A stretch of DNA of 64,000 nt, from assembly GCF_009914755.1 (NCBI RefSeq), contig NC_060936.1. One strand, 5' to 3'. Below, piece after piece: positions 48,963-63,200 of this stretch. The DNA comes from the human T2T-CHM13v2.0 reference genome, Homo sapiens. The notes beneath the pieces are model-generated. The model did not search any database. It saw nothing but the letters and a program-made list of their open reading frames with translations, and was not told where the DNA came from. Made by a program: the position numbers and the translations under genes. Position 1 is the first letter of the stretch. Every line of letters starts with the position of its first letter.

Positions 48963-50139
48963 AAAGAAGAGTTTACAAATTAGTGACCATCCATAAGTGA
49001 GATGCCTGGCCACAATACCATTTGAGAAGTAGTGACAGGAGCTGAGGATGTTGAACCTAGAAAGGAGAAGCAGTTGAAGAATAGGGTAAAGATGGATTAA
49101 GGCTAGCTGTCTTCTAATGCCCGAAGGACTGTCATGACAGCATTTAGGAATTTATGGAAGGTGCAGGAAGATAAACTTTAGCTTAATATAAAGGAACGTT
49201 TAAAATAATCTAGAGCTATCCAACACAGTGAAGTAGTGAACTTCCTCAAGCTGGAAATGTAGAACAAAGGTTAGATGCTGAAGAAAAATATTTCTGCCTC
49301 ACATAAGATTTTGGCAAGTCTAGCATCTCACTTGAGGCAGGAAACATTAAGTGTTCTCTAACCTTAAGTTTATTCTGTGATTCTCTTTCATTCTACAGTC
49401 CTTCAGTAATTTTACGGGCCTAAATGTTTACAACGCAGTATCAATATTATGTGCATTAATAGAATGGAATTTGTTAAAATCAGAATTATAATCTAAGGTG
49501 TTGCCAAGTTCATTCTCTTACGTTTAATTTGCTTATTTACTTTAACTGGACTGAACTGTTGAGCAGTAATTCAAAAAACACCATAAGAAGTGCTTAGGGC
49601 TGTATTGAAACTAATTCAACCTCTCTCTATGGTCCCCTTTCATACAGATAAGGAAGACAAACTGAAATGAGCTGTGAGAGTATCAGTAGCTCTGCTTGTT
49701 TCTACTGTACTATTCACAGACTTCTCAGACATTTGTTTAAAGGACCTATCATCGTTCAATACATATATTGCAAATTAAAGATTCAAACTAGTAAAGTGGT
49801 GGAAGGGTGTCACAGGTGAAAGTAAACTGCAGTGTTTTTGAAAGATCTCGTCCTCCACATTCTGCTCAGCTTCACCCAAAGAATGAGAAGCTTTAGTGTG
49901 CTGTCACAGAGAATTATATGGATAAAAGGAGAAAGTCTATGGAAAAATGATATTCCAATATCAGATTAGTGCTAAAGTATGCCAAGAATTAGAATATGAA
50001 AAAAATAATGTCAAATACAATTTGGAAGAAAATAAAAAATAATAATAAAAGATGGGAAAAAATACAGAAATATACACTAAAACATTTTCACAATAAAAAG
50101 TTAGGATGCCTTTGCTCTTCAGATGTTGCCAGTAAAAGC

Positions 50140-50372
50140 TAACATAGGAGTACTTACGATGTTGCAGGTATGGGTATAAATTCTTTATCAATTCAACTGA
50201 GCCTCATGTAACCCAATCAGGTACTTACTATTATGTTCCCAAATGAGGACACTGAGGCACAGAGAAGTGAGTAATGCATTCAAAGTCTTGCTGGTAAGCA
50301 GGTGCTAAAATTAAAATTTCACTGAGGCAGTCTGGGTCTAGTGGCCACACCCTTAACCACCATGCTATATAT
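50140..50372 (-). mobile_element. MIR
   Basis: aaatgaggacactgaggcacagagaagtgagtaa...ccttaaccaccatgc. Confidence 0.8.
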
Positions 50373-51750
50373 ACTGTCATATTAATGGTTATCCTATTTG
50401 ATTAAATTACTTCAAAAATCAATTATTCTACTAAATAACCATATAAAATATTAAAGTATCATTTTATATGCTTTTATATGTTTTCCACTTAAATATTATA
50501 TATAACATAATTATGTAATCCACTAAGATCTCAAGTTTATTTGGTTAAGATAGCTTGATATGTTTTTAGAGGTGCTTTTAACTTATTTGACTTGTTACCA
50601 AAAATTGGAAGGGAGCACAAATGTTTAATTTGTAAATGAAATTATGATCAGACCATTGTGTACAAAATTCTTATCGAGTTTATAGTTATGATATATTTTA
50701 TTGGAAATGACATATTTTGAAAATAACAACAAAGTAAAATTTGTAAGGCGATTTGTGGTATATCATATATTAAAAATGACTTTTAAAATTTGACTATAAT
50801 TGAAAAACCGTTACTATATAGAGAAACATACTAGAACTACTTTATCTCAGGTGAGAGAATTGGCCCCTAATTGAAACTACACTGGCTTTATGACTCAATA
50901 TTTTAGTTTCTGTATCTAAGTGAGTATACACATAAAAAAGTCTTTGCTAACTTAAATCTTGAAGTGATTTGTTTCTTCAGATATATGCCACTCTAATGCA
51001 TTAGGCATGACATGAAATGTATTTTGACCTCGAATCTACCCCAGATATGAAAGATCAGGAGCTTAAATTAGGGTTAGCAAAGGTCAGAGGGAATTTATGA
51101 AAATAAAAAGAATATAAAAAGGAATATAAGTAGTATATATTACTGTGAAATGTTAAAAGGGTCTAGTATAATCTAGTTTGCATATTCAATATTCTTAAGA
51201 TATTTAGGATATTTTATTGAATAGAAAATCTAACATTCTTGCTAAAATCACTTTCAGTTATGCAACAAGCTTTTGATTTTTGGGAGCAAAACCCCTAAGA
51301 AGTTAATTCTTTATTTTTTTATAGATTTATTCCATCATTTCACACTCTCTTGTGCTTTTCAATATTATAAAACTTCAATTTTCTATCCTCTGTGCCAAAA
51401 TTAGTAATTTCTTCTTTATGACTCTGATTATATTTTTGCAGCTGTAAAGTCCCTTATAAGAATAAAAAAGTAGTAACATTTTTGTTCTAGTAAGTCAGTG
51501 TCCTAATAATAGGGTAAATAGCACATATTCTAAGTCACAGTTTAGCTAGTCAGTTAAGACAAGCTTTAATTATTACAACGTTTAAACTATTGCCATGACA
51601 ACACAGATATTTTTTTTCTTCTGGCTTTTTTTTTTTCTCTTTTAGAATGACAGTGATTAGTGGCTATATAGTCTCACACAAATATCCAACCAATCACAGT
51701 GCAAGTCATTTGACTGTTACTAACGCCATTCTTATCCTTGAAACCTAGTA

Positions 51751-51828
51751 TTAGGTTGGTGCAAAAGTAATTGTATTTTTTGCTGTTGAAAGTAATGGTA
51801 AAAACCGCAATTACTTTTGCACCAACCT
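51751..51828. mobile_element. MADE1, right TIR fused to L1
   Basis: TA + ttaggttggtgcaaaagtaattg...aaaccgcaattacttttgcaccaacct; terminal AA and TA missing. Confidence 0.95.
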
Positions 51829-53975
51829 GCAGCTAAGGGTCTGACTGTTAGAAGGAAAACCAACAAACAGAAAGGACATCCACACCAAAACCCGATCTGT
51901 ACGTCACCATCATCAAAGACCAAAGGTAGATAAAACCACAAAGATGGGGAAAAAACAGAGCAGAAAAGCTGAAAATTCTAAAAATCAGAGCACCTCTCCC
52001 GCTCCAAAGGAATGCAGCTCCTCGCCAGCAGCAGAACAAAGCTGGATGGAGAAAGATTTGGATGAATTGAGAGAAGAAGGCTTCAGACGATCAAACTTCT
52101 CCTGGCTAAAGGAGGAAGTTCGAACCCATCCAAAAAAACTAAAAACCTTGAAAAAAGATTAGACGAATGGCTAACTAGAATAACCAGTGTATAGAAGTCC
52201 TTAAATGACCTGATGGAGCTGAAAACCACGGCACGAGAACTACGTGACAAATGCACAAGCTTCAGTAGCTGATTTGATCAAGTGGAAGAAAGGGTATCAG
52301 TGACTGAAGATCAAATTAATGAAATGAAGCGAGAAGAGAAGTTTAGAGAAAAAAGAGTAAAAAGAAATTAACAAAGCCTCCAAGAAATATGGGACTATGT
52401 GAAAAGACCAAATCTACGTCTGATTGGTGTACCTGAAAGTGACGGAGAGAATGGAACCAAGTTGGAAAACACTCTGCTGGATATTATCCAGGAGAACTTC
52501 CCCAATCTAGCAAGGCAGGCCAACATTCAAATTCAGGAAATACTGAGAATGCCACAAAGATACTCCTTGAGAAGAGCAACTCCAAGACACATAATTGTCA
52601 GATTCACCAAAGTTGAAATGAAGGAAAAAATGCTAAGGGCAGCCAGAGAGAAAGGTTGGGTTACCCACAAAGGGAAGCCCATCAGACTAACAGTGGATCT
52701 CTCGGCAGAAACTCTACAAGCCAGAAGAGAGTGGGGGCCAATATTCAACATTCTTAAAGAAAAGAATTTTCAACTCAGAATTTCATATCCAGCCAAACTA
52801 AGCTTCATAAGTGAAGGAGAAATAAAATCCTTTACAGACAAGTAAATGCTGAGAGATTTTGTCACCACCAGGCCTGTCCTAAAAGAGCTCCTGAAGGAAG
52901 CACTAAACATGGAAAGGAACAACCGGTACCAGCCACTGCAAAAACATGCCAAATTGTGAAGACCTTCAAGGCTAGGAAGAAACTGCATCAACTAACGAGC
53001 AAAATAACCAGCTAACATCATAATGACAGGATCAAATTCACACATAACAATATTAATCTTAAATGTAAATGGGCTAAATGCTCCAATTAAAAGACACAGA
53101 CTGGCTAATTGGATAAAGAGTCAAGACCCATGAGTGTGCTGTATTCAGGAAACCCATCTCACATGCAGAGACACACATAGGCTCAAAGTAAAGGGATGGA
53201 GGAAGATCTACCAAGCAAATGGAAAACAAAAAAAGGCAGGGGTTGCAATCCTAGTCTCTGATAAAACAGACTTTAAACCAACAAAGATCAAAAGAGACAA
53301 AGAAGGCCATTACATAATGGTAAAGGGATCAATTCAACAAGAAGAGCTAACTATCCTAAATATATATGCACCCAATACAGGAGCACCCAGATTCATAAAG
53401 TAAGTCCTTAGAAACTTACAAAGAGACTTAGACTCCCCCACAATAATAATTGGAGACTTTCACACCGCACTGTCAACATCAGACAGATCAAAGAGACAGA
53501 AAGTTAACAAGGATATCCAGGAATTGAACTCAGCTCTGCACCAAGCGGACCTAATAGACATCTACAGAACTCTCCACCCCAAATCAACAGAATATACATT
53601 CTTCTCAGCACCACATTGCACTTATTCCAGAAATGACCACATAGTTGGAAGCACTCCTCAGCAAATGTAAAAGAACAGAAATTATCACAAACTGTCTCTC
53701 AGACCACAGTGCAATCAAACTAGAACTCAGGATTAAGAAACTCACTCAAAACCACTCAACTACATGGAATCTGAACAACCTGCTCCTGAATGACTACTGG
53801 GTGCATAATGAAATGAAGGCAGAAATAAAGAGGTTCTTTGAAACCAGTGAGAACAAAGCCACAACATACCAGAATCTCTGGGACACATTGAAAGCAGTGT
53901 GTAGAAGGAAATTTATAGCATTAAATGCCCACAAGAGAAAGCAGGGAAGATCTAAAATTGACACCCTAACATCAC
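51829..53975 (+). mobile_element. L1PA (primate LINE-1) internal fragment: end of 5'UTR, dead ORF1 (51944-52959), start of ORF2 (ATG 53023) with endonuclease
   Basis: MGKKQSRK..., KRPNLRLIGVPE, CCIQETHL and ILNIYAPNTGAPRFIK; 63-bp inter-ORF spacer; multiple stops and frameshifts; no RT domain or poly(A). Confidence 0.97.
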
Positions 53976-55252
53976 CATCTTATTCTTCAAATCTAGCACT
54001 GTCCAAGCACTCTACCAGAGAAAGAAAAACTTGCCCCATCTAACCTGGAACTCTGAGGGTAGCTAGATATAGTCAACATTAGTTGATGGCACTGGAATAT
54101 AATGTATTAATATGGTCACTTTCAAATATTTACTACAAATAGATCCTTTCCTTCCAATAAAATCTGAGGCCAGAAGTTGACTATGTAAAGACGGAGCTGC
54201 TCTGGTTGACATGTGGTTAGAGTCCTGGAAACTCACTGGAATACGAGCAAATTCTTCCCGCCTATCAGAAGAAAGTGTTTAAAGACTTTTACAAAGAAAG
54301 AGATGACATGGAAAAAGTGTTGGACTAGAGTCTGCTACAGTTTGGTTCTAGCTTCCCTATGTAGTGAGGGCAAATTTAGGCACATCACTTAACTTGTTTG
54401 AACTTTATTTTTCTCATTTATAAAATGGTTCTTTTACAGTTTTTGAGATTAAATGATATATTATATATGACTTTCCCAACTATCACTTTTCATATTAACA
54501 TTAGTTATTACTTTTATAATTCAGGATACAAGAAGCCAAAGTACATATGCCATAATGGTTTTGACAAGCTCAAATCTAGGCTTCCTGGGGATGCAGAGAC
54601 AGCTCAAAGTCATTTCTATGTGAGCATGTCGTGGACCACCTCCCTGGTCTAAAAAGACCCCCTGACTTCACATCTCAGCATCTAATGGGAAACCTATATC
54701 CTCTTGCTTTAATTTGCAATGTCTTTACTATCTATTAAATTAACCTTAGATATTGCTTAAGAAATCACAGAAGAAAAGTAAAAATATCTTTAGCAGCTTT
54801 CTATTTAATAATTAAATGTTTAAAAGAAATTTATCTCTATTTTAATATTAAAATCTGCATCAGAAACTCTCATCATATATTCAGTTAGATCACCATTTCA
54901 TAAAGAGGCTTGAATAGCAAGACGAAATCAAGTTTCTGGTAAACAAAGTTTTTATTCTGTTTCCTATTTTCTCCCGTTCAATTTGAAACAAAGACAAGAG
55001 TGATTCATTACACAAATATCTGAGCATATACCATGCAAAAAACTATAGGGAGAGTAAACTGTATAAAATGCCACAGTGGATTTTTTAAAATAATCCATTG
55101 ACCTCTATATCCTTAATCCCTTTTTGGAATGTTTCTCACCTTATTACCTGGTAGAAATCTGGCTCTTCCCCAAGGACATCATTTTGTATGTGTTCCTCTC
55201 ACATGGTGGCTGTTATTTCCCCATGGCCCTTATTCCACCAGCTTGCCAGTGA

Positions 55253-55678
<426 letters not shown>

Positions 55679-56339
55679 TAGTGATCTATTGATATTGAAA
55701 ACCCTTTCTATAAAGTCTTCATTATCTTAGTCTTCTGGTTCATGAACATTCTCTTTTACAACGTTTCTGCTCGAATTCCGACAATCTAAGTGTTTCTTCC
55801 AACCCTTTGGCCTCTAGGTTCAATGAACTCCTCTCTTCCAATGATGTTCTCTACTTAACCTCAGTCACTATCATGTAAATAGCCAGATTTTGTCATCATC
55901 AACAGCAAGCTCTTCACAACCACAATTTCAGGCATGCTTCCCTCTCATCAACACTTCCTACCTTTTCAGGTTCCTTTAAGATAGAAGAAATAATGGCATG
56001 CTCTTGTGCTGAGGATACTAATAAAATAGAGAGGGAGAAATAATAATGCAAGCATCAGAGAGGAGGATTCTTAGAAGTGACAGGAGGTAAAATGGGATCT
56101 AACCTGAAAGTGGAGGGATTCGTTATAGATAGGAGCATTGATAGTTAATGTACTATCCATCAGGAAGGCAAGTATATGGGATAGATCCTGGTAAGAGGGT
56201 TGATGATGTGGTGGGAGCCTGTGGAAGGTTTCTGCCATTTGCTTCAATTTTCTTAGTAAAATGGGAAGTAAGGTAATTAATTAAAACTGAGAAGAGGAAG
56301 AAGGTGATAGAAGTTTGAAAAAAGTGAGAAGGTATAAAA

Positions 56340-56781
56340 TGGTGTGGTTTGAATGTCCCCTCTAAAACTCACATTGAAACTTAATCCCTGATGTGGCAGT
56401 ATTGAGAGGCAGAGCCTGTACTGTAAGATATGACTAGGGCATAAGGGCTCTGCCTCATGAATGGATTAAATCCATTCATGAATCAATGGATTAATGAGTT
56501 AATAGATTTGTGGATGATCTCGGGAGTGGAGCTGCTGGCTTTATAAGAAGAGGAAGAGAGAGCTGAGCTAGCATATTAGCATACTCTGCCCCTTTGCCTT
56601 GAGATGGTCTGCACCACCTTGGGACTCTGCAGAGTCCTCACCGGCAAGAAGACCCTTGCCAGATGTGGCCCCTCAACAAGGGACTTCAAAGCTTTTCTAA
56701 CTGTAAGAAATAAATTCATTTTCTTTATAAATGATCCAGCTTCTGGTATTCTGCTATGAGCAACAGAAAATGTATCAACAC
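56340..56781 (+). mobile_element. MST-family MaLR solo LTR
   Basis: tggtgtggtttgaatgtcccctctaaaactcac...gtaagaaataaattcattttctttataaa...caacaca; about 440 bp. Confidence 0.88.
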
Positions 56782-59622
56782 AATAGTCTTGTGACTCTCA
56801 AAAGATTGAGAGGGAAAACAGATTGCTGTGCAGCATTAGCTAGCTAAATGAGGAATGTGGTCATGAATTTCAAGTGGATCCATGAGAGTTGTTTATATTT
56901 TTTCCAGTCATACTCATTTGCACATGTGCAAGTGTAGAGATGACAGAGCAATGAATTCAGCTAGGGCTGTGGTTTTGCCCTGCAAATACAAAAATAAAAA
57001 GCAACAAGAGAATTGAGGGTGTACACAAGAGAGTGGCTCTGATTGACCATGGAATTGAAACTAAGAAGGAAAAAAAATAATATCAAAGATATAGGAATTA
57101 TGACATAGTGACAGAATCAATGGATTGGAGGTTTTGGTGAGTTGGAAGGGTTGTCTGAGTTGGGATGTAAAGTTAAAAGAACTTGCTATTCACCCTACTT
57201 TCTCTTTGCTGCTCTGTTTCTCTAACATATTTGCAGCAAAACTCTTTGAAAGAGTTGAGGACAGTATATTCACTGTTCAAATTCTATTTAAACTTACTCT
57301 AATCAGCTTTTCATATACTGTACCACAATCGCTCTTGAAAATGTGAACAATGTCTCCCCAACATTGCTAAATTCAAACAGGTCCATTCACAATCCTCATC
57401 CCACCCGGGCTTAGCACACTCCTCTGACAGCTACTCTCTCCTGGGAGCTTACTTACTCTCCTCACTTGGCTTCCAGGTTCCGCCCTCCCAGCTTCCCTCC
57501 TACTTTACTAGCCTCTACTTCTCAGTCCACTTGGCTGTTCCTAACCTCTCAACGCTCAGAAATTTATCCTTTTTCTTCTTTTTCCCATCTACTCTCAACT
57601 ATTTGATGATATCATCTCCTCGCTTAGGACATAATCTACATGCTGAGGATCCCAAATTTATATATGTATCACAGATTCACTTCAGAGTTCCAGAGTCATT
57701 ACCTGGTTGCCCACTGAACTTGTCCACTTAGATTTCTAACAGAATCTTTAAATACCACAGGTCCGGATCTCCTCTTCTTGCCTCTCTAACTCACTCCATT
57801 CACAGTCTCATCTGTCTCAACTTGATTTTCCCAGACGCTCGGTCCAAAATCTTCAAGTCATTTTTGACTCTTCTTATTTCACTCACATGCCCCAGCTCAT
57901 CTATCAGGATGGTCTGTTTCTTACACCCTCAAAATATATCCAGTCAGTTCTCATGAACATTATTAACTACCACTTCCCTGGTCTGAAACACCATCACCTC
58001 TGGCCTGGATTAGAGCTTCCTTAGTGGACTTTCTGCTTCTATCCATGTGCCTTCCTCAATGTCTATTTTCAATACAGCAGGCAGAATCATCTTTTAAAAA
58101 CAGGTCATGCTACTCTTTTGACTTAAAACCCTCTAGTGGCTTCCCATATTACTCAGAGTAAAAGTCAAAAATAATGTAGCCCCCTCTACCTCTGCTTTTT
58201 CTCCTGGATTTCTCTTGGTGGGAACATGTAGCACGGGTTCTAGCTTCAGGGCCTTTGCAGTGCCTGCCTCCTCTACATAAAAAGCCCTCCCAGACTCCTC
58301 AAGGCCCACCTCTCTACCACTTTTGAGTCTTTGCACAATTTACCTTCTCAGCAAGATCTGTCCTGGCTACAATGTTTAAAATTACAACACTGCCTCCCAT
58401 TCAGACTTTCCAATCCCTTTATTTTGTGCTATTATTTTCTGTAGGACTTATTACCTTGTAATACATCATATAACTTATAAGAATGTGTGTGTGTGGGGGG
58501 ACTTTTGACAGTTTTGTGCCAAATGTGTATCAAATTTCAAGAAAAATGTCTATGACATAAGTGTTCAATAAATATTGTTGAATAAAGAAAATATTTTCTC
58601 TGAAAAATTTAGCCATGTGACTAAATAGCAATTGAATAATAATAATAAAAGCTAGAGAAACAACTGGTTTTCTTCTCAATTATTTAAAGAGATAGCTAAA
58701 ATCCCTTCAGTAATTTACCTTTATTCTGTTCAAAGAATTTACAGGCAATTGGTTCTTTAATAAATTTAATGAAATAAATGTTCAGTTATTCTGAACTTAA
58801 AACCTTCAGATTATGAGAATAACATACTGCCTACTGTGCTAAGGAGGCAATTCAGTTATTCTCAAAATACTTACCTTGACTTCTCTCCATGTTTAAAAAA
58901 ATATGACATAAACACCATAAAAAGAGATGATAAGCAATTGCTTTTGATCTAGCATATATTTAAATGAATGTATATGAAGTAATTAGCTTGGAAAATACTT
59001 CTTCATAGCTTCTGATCTACAGATAACGTTCTGAGAACATATTATATTACAAGAAAAGAAGTAAATATAGACTGAAGCCTTAAACATTAAAAAATTCTCA
59101 ATAATAACTGGTCAAAATAATAAATCCAAGAACTTATTTTTTAGTATTACTTGATTCCTAGAAGGTCATGTGACCATAATTCTAGCTCTGGATCTCTATG
59201 CTCAGTGTGCAATTTTATACCTTCCCCTTACTTTGTAATATGTTTCTGACTCTCATGAGCTTACCTCCTGGTGAGCTCAGCTAGGTTTTGGAGAAAAATA
59301 GTGATAGCTCTACAACCAGGTTCATGTACCACTCTTGATGACACTTCATCTGTGTCTCCACATCTCCTCGACCTTACTGCAAATAGTGTATTGAAATTAC
59401 CTGTTTTCAGATTTGTCTTTCACTCTCCAAGACTTTCTTCTAAATTGTGGTCTTTATTATGGCAGAGAGTATTATTCATCTTTTAATGTATTTCATCATA
59501 AACATTTACTAGGAACTAAGAAAATGTCTGCTGGAGTTTGTATGAAAATAATTTACCCTAAGATTCCTGTGACTAATAAAATCAAACTTCCCAAGCATTT
59601 ATTCACATTATGTAGAAGACTA

Positions 59623-59896
59623 GGAGGCTGAGGTGAGAGGATTGCTTGAGGCCAGGAATTCAAGACCAGCTTAGGCAACACTTTGAGACCTCATCTCTAG
59701 AAAAAAAAATAAAAAATAATTAGCTGGGCCTGGTGGTGCGTGCCTGTAGTCCTGGCAACTTGGGAGGCTGAGGCAGGAGGATTGTTTGAACCTAGGAGCT
59801 CAAGGCTGCAGAGAGGTATGATCATGCCACTGCACTCCTGCCTGGGCAACAGAGTGAGACTCTGTATCAAAACAACAACAACAACAGCAAAAAAGA
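59623..59896 (+). mobile_element. AluJ, 5'-truncated, (CAA)n tail
   Basis: aggattgcttgaggccagg and tatgatcatgccactg diagnostics. Confidence 0.9.
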
Positions 59897-62521
59897 ACCA
59901 AATCAGTGTTTGCGTATAAGACAATATTTATAACTACCAGAAAACAAACTTCAAATTTCAATCATTTTGTAAGGATGTGACTCTGGCCTTAGTTCAAAGA
60001 GTCATCTCTTTTCAGAAAAGAAGCAAGTGTGTACACCTAATACATTTCTTTCATGAAGGGAATTATTTAACCACCTCAATTTCCTGCAAAGCATGTTTTA
60101 TGAACTTCTATTTCAGGGAGACAGATCTCAGGTCTTTCCATTGATCTGGGCAAGTGTTTCTCCTTGATACCCTAGCTAGCCATATATCTTTTAAACTCTC
60201 CCTTTTTATAATATCCCATTTTTCATTTCTTACAGTGTTTTAGCATAGATAATTTCAATTTTTGCTATCTTTTCAGAGAAATTTAATTTTTTAAAAACAT
60301 TCTTACAGTAAAGTTAACTATGGAGTCTCATTTTATGTATTTTTACATAATTCTTAATTTTTCTTATAATAATGCACATTAAGCGTTCTTTTGGATACTA
60401 TGCATGATGATTTTAAGCATTACGCTTCTAATCAACCATAGCTAATTGTAAATATTGTAAATTCATCAGCACATATAAGTCAGTGATTTCTTCCCATGTA
60501 CATTTTCCTGTTTTTGTTTCATGTTCAATTTGTTCTGCTATTACAGTTCCTAATTATTTTCAATAGGTACTTAGAGTCCTAAAGGTGATAAATCTATATA
60601 ATTCCTCATCCTCAACAAATTATTTTGCCAGTTACTATTCACCTCGTCTTTACGCCATTAATAAATTCAAAGAAAATTGGTTCTCATACTCATCTGTGAG
60701 AATACTATCATTAACCTCTTTCTAATAGGAACACAGTGTTATCTCACCACTCATCATCTCGTGTGGCTTTTAAAGATGATGTATTTAAAAAGGCAAAATG
60801 AAGTGGAGGATGATCAATCAATCAAAAGCATTCAATTGACACTTATGTGCCTACACAGTGGTGGAATAGGAGGGCATAAAAGTGGGTTACACACGCTTAG
60901 ATGCTGAAAATTTAGCATCTAGTTTGGAAACAGCTGGAGCTCAATATTAAGATAGAAAATAATTGCTAGATTGTAATTACAGCTTTAAATAATAAAGGAT
61001 AATAGTTAATAATTGGGCAGAGAAAGTGGACTCTCAGATGCATTTTTCTTAAAGATCTTGTAGTACATAAAAACGAGGTTGTTATTCCACACAAGGAAAG
61101 CAGCATGAACAAAAGCACAGAGGCAAAGAGAGTCAGATCTTTAGGAGGATGGTAAAAAGACCAAGTGCCCTTCTAGTGAGCAACCATGGAAGATCAGTAA
61201 GATAAACAAGATGAGGTCATTGAATTCATTTATTGATTCTTTCAATTCAGTAAGTTCACTTTGAGTTCCTACAGTGCTTTGTTAAGGCATCAAAACTTAA
61301 AGTATTAAAAAAAAAAACTTAAAAAAAAAGCAATATAGAAGTGAATACGGCTGATTTTCTGCCTAAGAAAGCAGCATAGAACTCTATATGTGGGGGTATA
61401 TGGAACCAAAATGCTAATGGTAGCTTGGTATAATCATAGTATAACAGCTTTAATGACTTTTAAAAGATTTGGACTAGACATGGAATTACTGAAGTGCCAC
61501 TTAATGTTTTTTTACAAGGGATCTTAGATTTTCCTTTACACATTTTCATGTTTCTTTTTGTTGTTGTTTTCTATTTCCTGATTTTTATTACACTTGAACA
61601 TAATAAAAATTACAAAGTAGATGTCTTCTCCTACAGTCTGTCTTGTAAAGTGTTGCCAAGTGAATTATCCTAAAACATAACACTTACCCACAGAACTCCT
61701 CTGCTACAAATATTTTTTTTTGACAAGAGAGACTCTGAACATGTTGGCCATGATTTCAAGGTTTCACTATACTTCAATTTCAGCTGATTTTATCTTCCAT
61801 TATTCCTTCACTTTACTCTATTTTTTGATCACAGTACCTTATCTGCTGTTTTCTTAGCAAAATTTCCTACTCCATGATTTTTCAAATAAAATATTTCCAT
61901 CTAGAATGCACATCCTCTCCCAATTGCCACTTATCTGAATTTCCAGTTTCCTTCAACTCGGCTTAATGGCTCTTCTCCATGCCTTAGCTGGAAATAATGT
62001 CTCAATGTTCTGAATTCCACATTCTCCATCACATAGCTGGCACTTGTAATTCCTTATATTGGTATTACATGTATTGTCTCCACATTATATTATAAATTTA
62101 CAGAAATTGTCACAGATCCTTAGAGTTTTTGGAGTAGAAAGAGTGAAAGATACGTTGACTATACCCAGGATTAAATATATGTTGAATAAGGTTATTGGAT
62201 GAATAAACAATCAATCAAGATGACACTTGAAGAATATTAGTAATGAAGAAATACACAAATGCCAGCTGGGTTGTTTGGTTGCCTGGCAGGCTGATAGGGC
62301 AAAATGTCCACGTACTTGAAAAAGGAGATGATAACTTGAAAAATGTGGGAGTTTCCAGCAATGCTGCTAACTTCTAGGCCCATCAGGATGCTATTTAAAT
62401 ACAGAGACAAGTAAAACTTGAAAGACTATGATGTCTGAGCCAAATTATAAAGGAGTCCCAACAGACTGGAGCTGGGGCATACTAATAAGGTGAGGAAACA
62501 AAGTATTAAAGTTAAATTCAG

Positions 62522-62583
62522 TGTGTGTGTGTGTGTGTGCATCTGTGTGTGTTATGTGTGTGTGTGTGCGTGCCTGTGCATGT
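62522..62583. repeat. Interrupted (TG)n microsatellite
   Basis: Direct reading. Confidence 0.9.
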
Positions 62584-63009
62584 AGGTTTGATTTTGCTAC
62601 ATCTCAGTGAAAAGTTGGCATTTGAGCAGAATAATTTGATTTATAATAATGTACCCTTGATCTCTGTGTTCATGTGGACTACCTAATGAACTCAGCAATT
62701 TCCTCTTCCTCTCTCTATAAAGGTAATTTCTAGTATGATGAAGTAATTAATGTAGATAAGGGTTTTGAGAACTAGAAATAATCATGTTTTCTGCAAGGAA
62801 TTCATCCCAAGGCTAAACAAGTTCAAATAATGACTCTAGTCATTCATGATATTCATATACAATTCCAGATTTTTAATTGAGTATGATGAACAGGAAGATG
62901 CTGTTATTCTCCAGCCTTCAAACTACCTGTCCTAAGCATACTTTGTAACCAACATATTTAATTGCAGGAAAACTACATCCCTTTGGCGTTTATGCTTAAT
63001 ATGTGTTCA

Positions 63010-63200
63010 TCCATCTGGATAAATTTGAATTCTTACTCTTCCCAGCTGCATGACTTCAGGCAAATTTTTAAATCTCTCTGGGTTTCAGTTAACTCACATG
63101 TCATGGGGATAATTAATAATACTTACTTCATGCAGGTTGGTGAAGGATTATCAGGAAGGGTGCCTTGGCATAGTGACAAAATTGCAAGTGCTCAAAATTC
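63010..63200 (+). mobile_element. MIR
   Basis: aaatctctctgggtttcagtt...ggggataat...cttcatgcaggttggtgaaggatta...gtgccttggcatag. Confidence 0.7.

Noticed and set aside
51944-54043. L1 ORF1/ORF2 pieces as a domesticated gene
   Set aside because: Multiple stops and frameshifts, no promoter-bearing 5' end, no RT domain.
58866-59300. Strong minus-strand donor motifs (AAG|gtaagt ~58875, GAG|gtaagc ~59265) as cryptic exons
   Set aside because: No convincing paired acceptor; such motifs are common in long introns and need RNA evidence.
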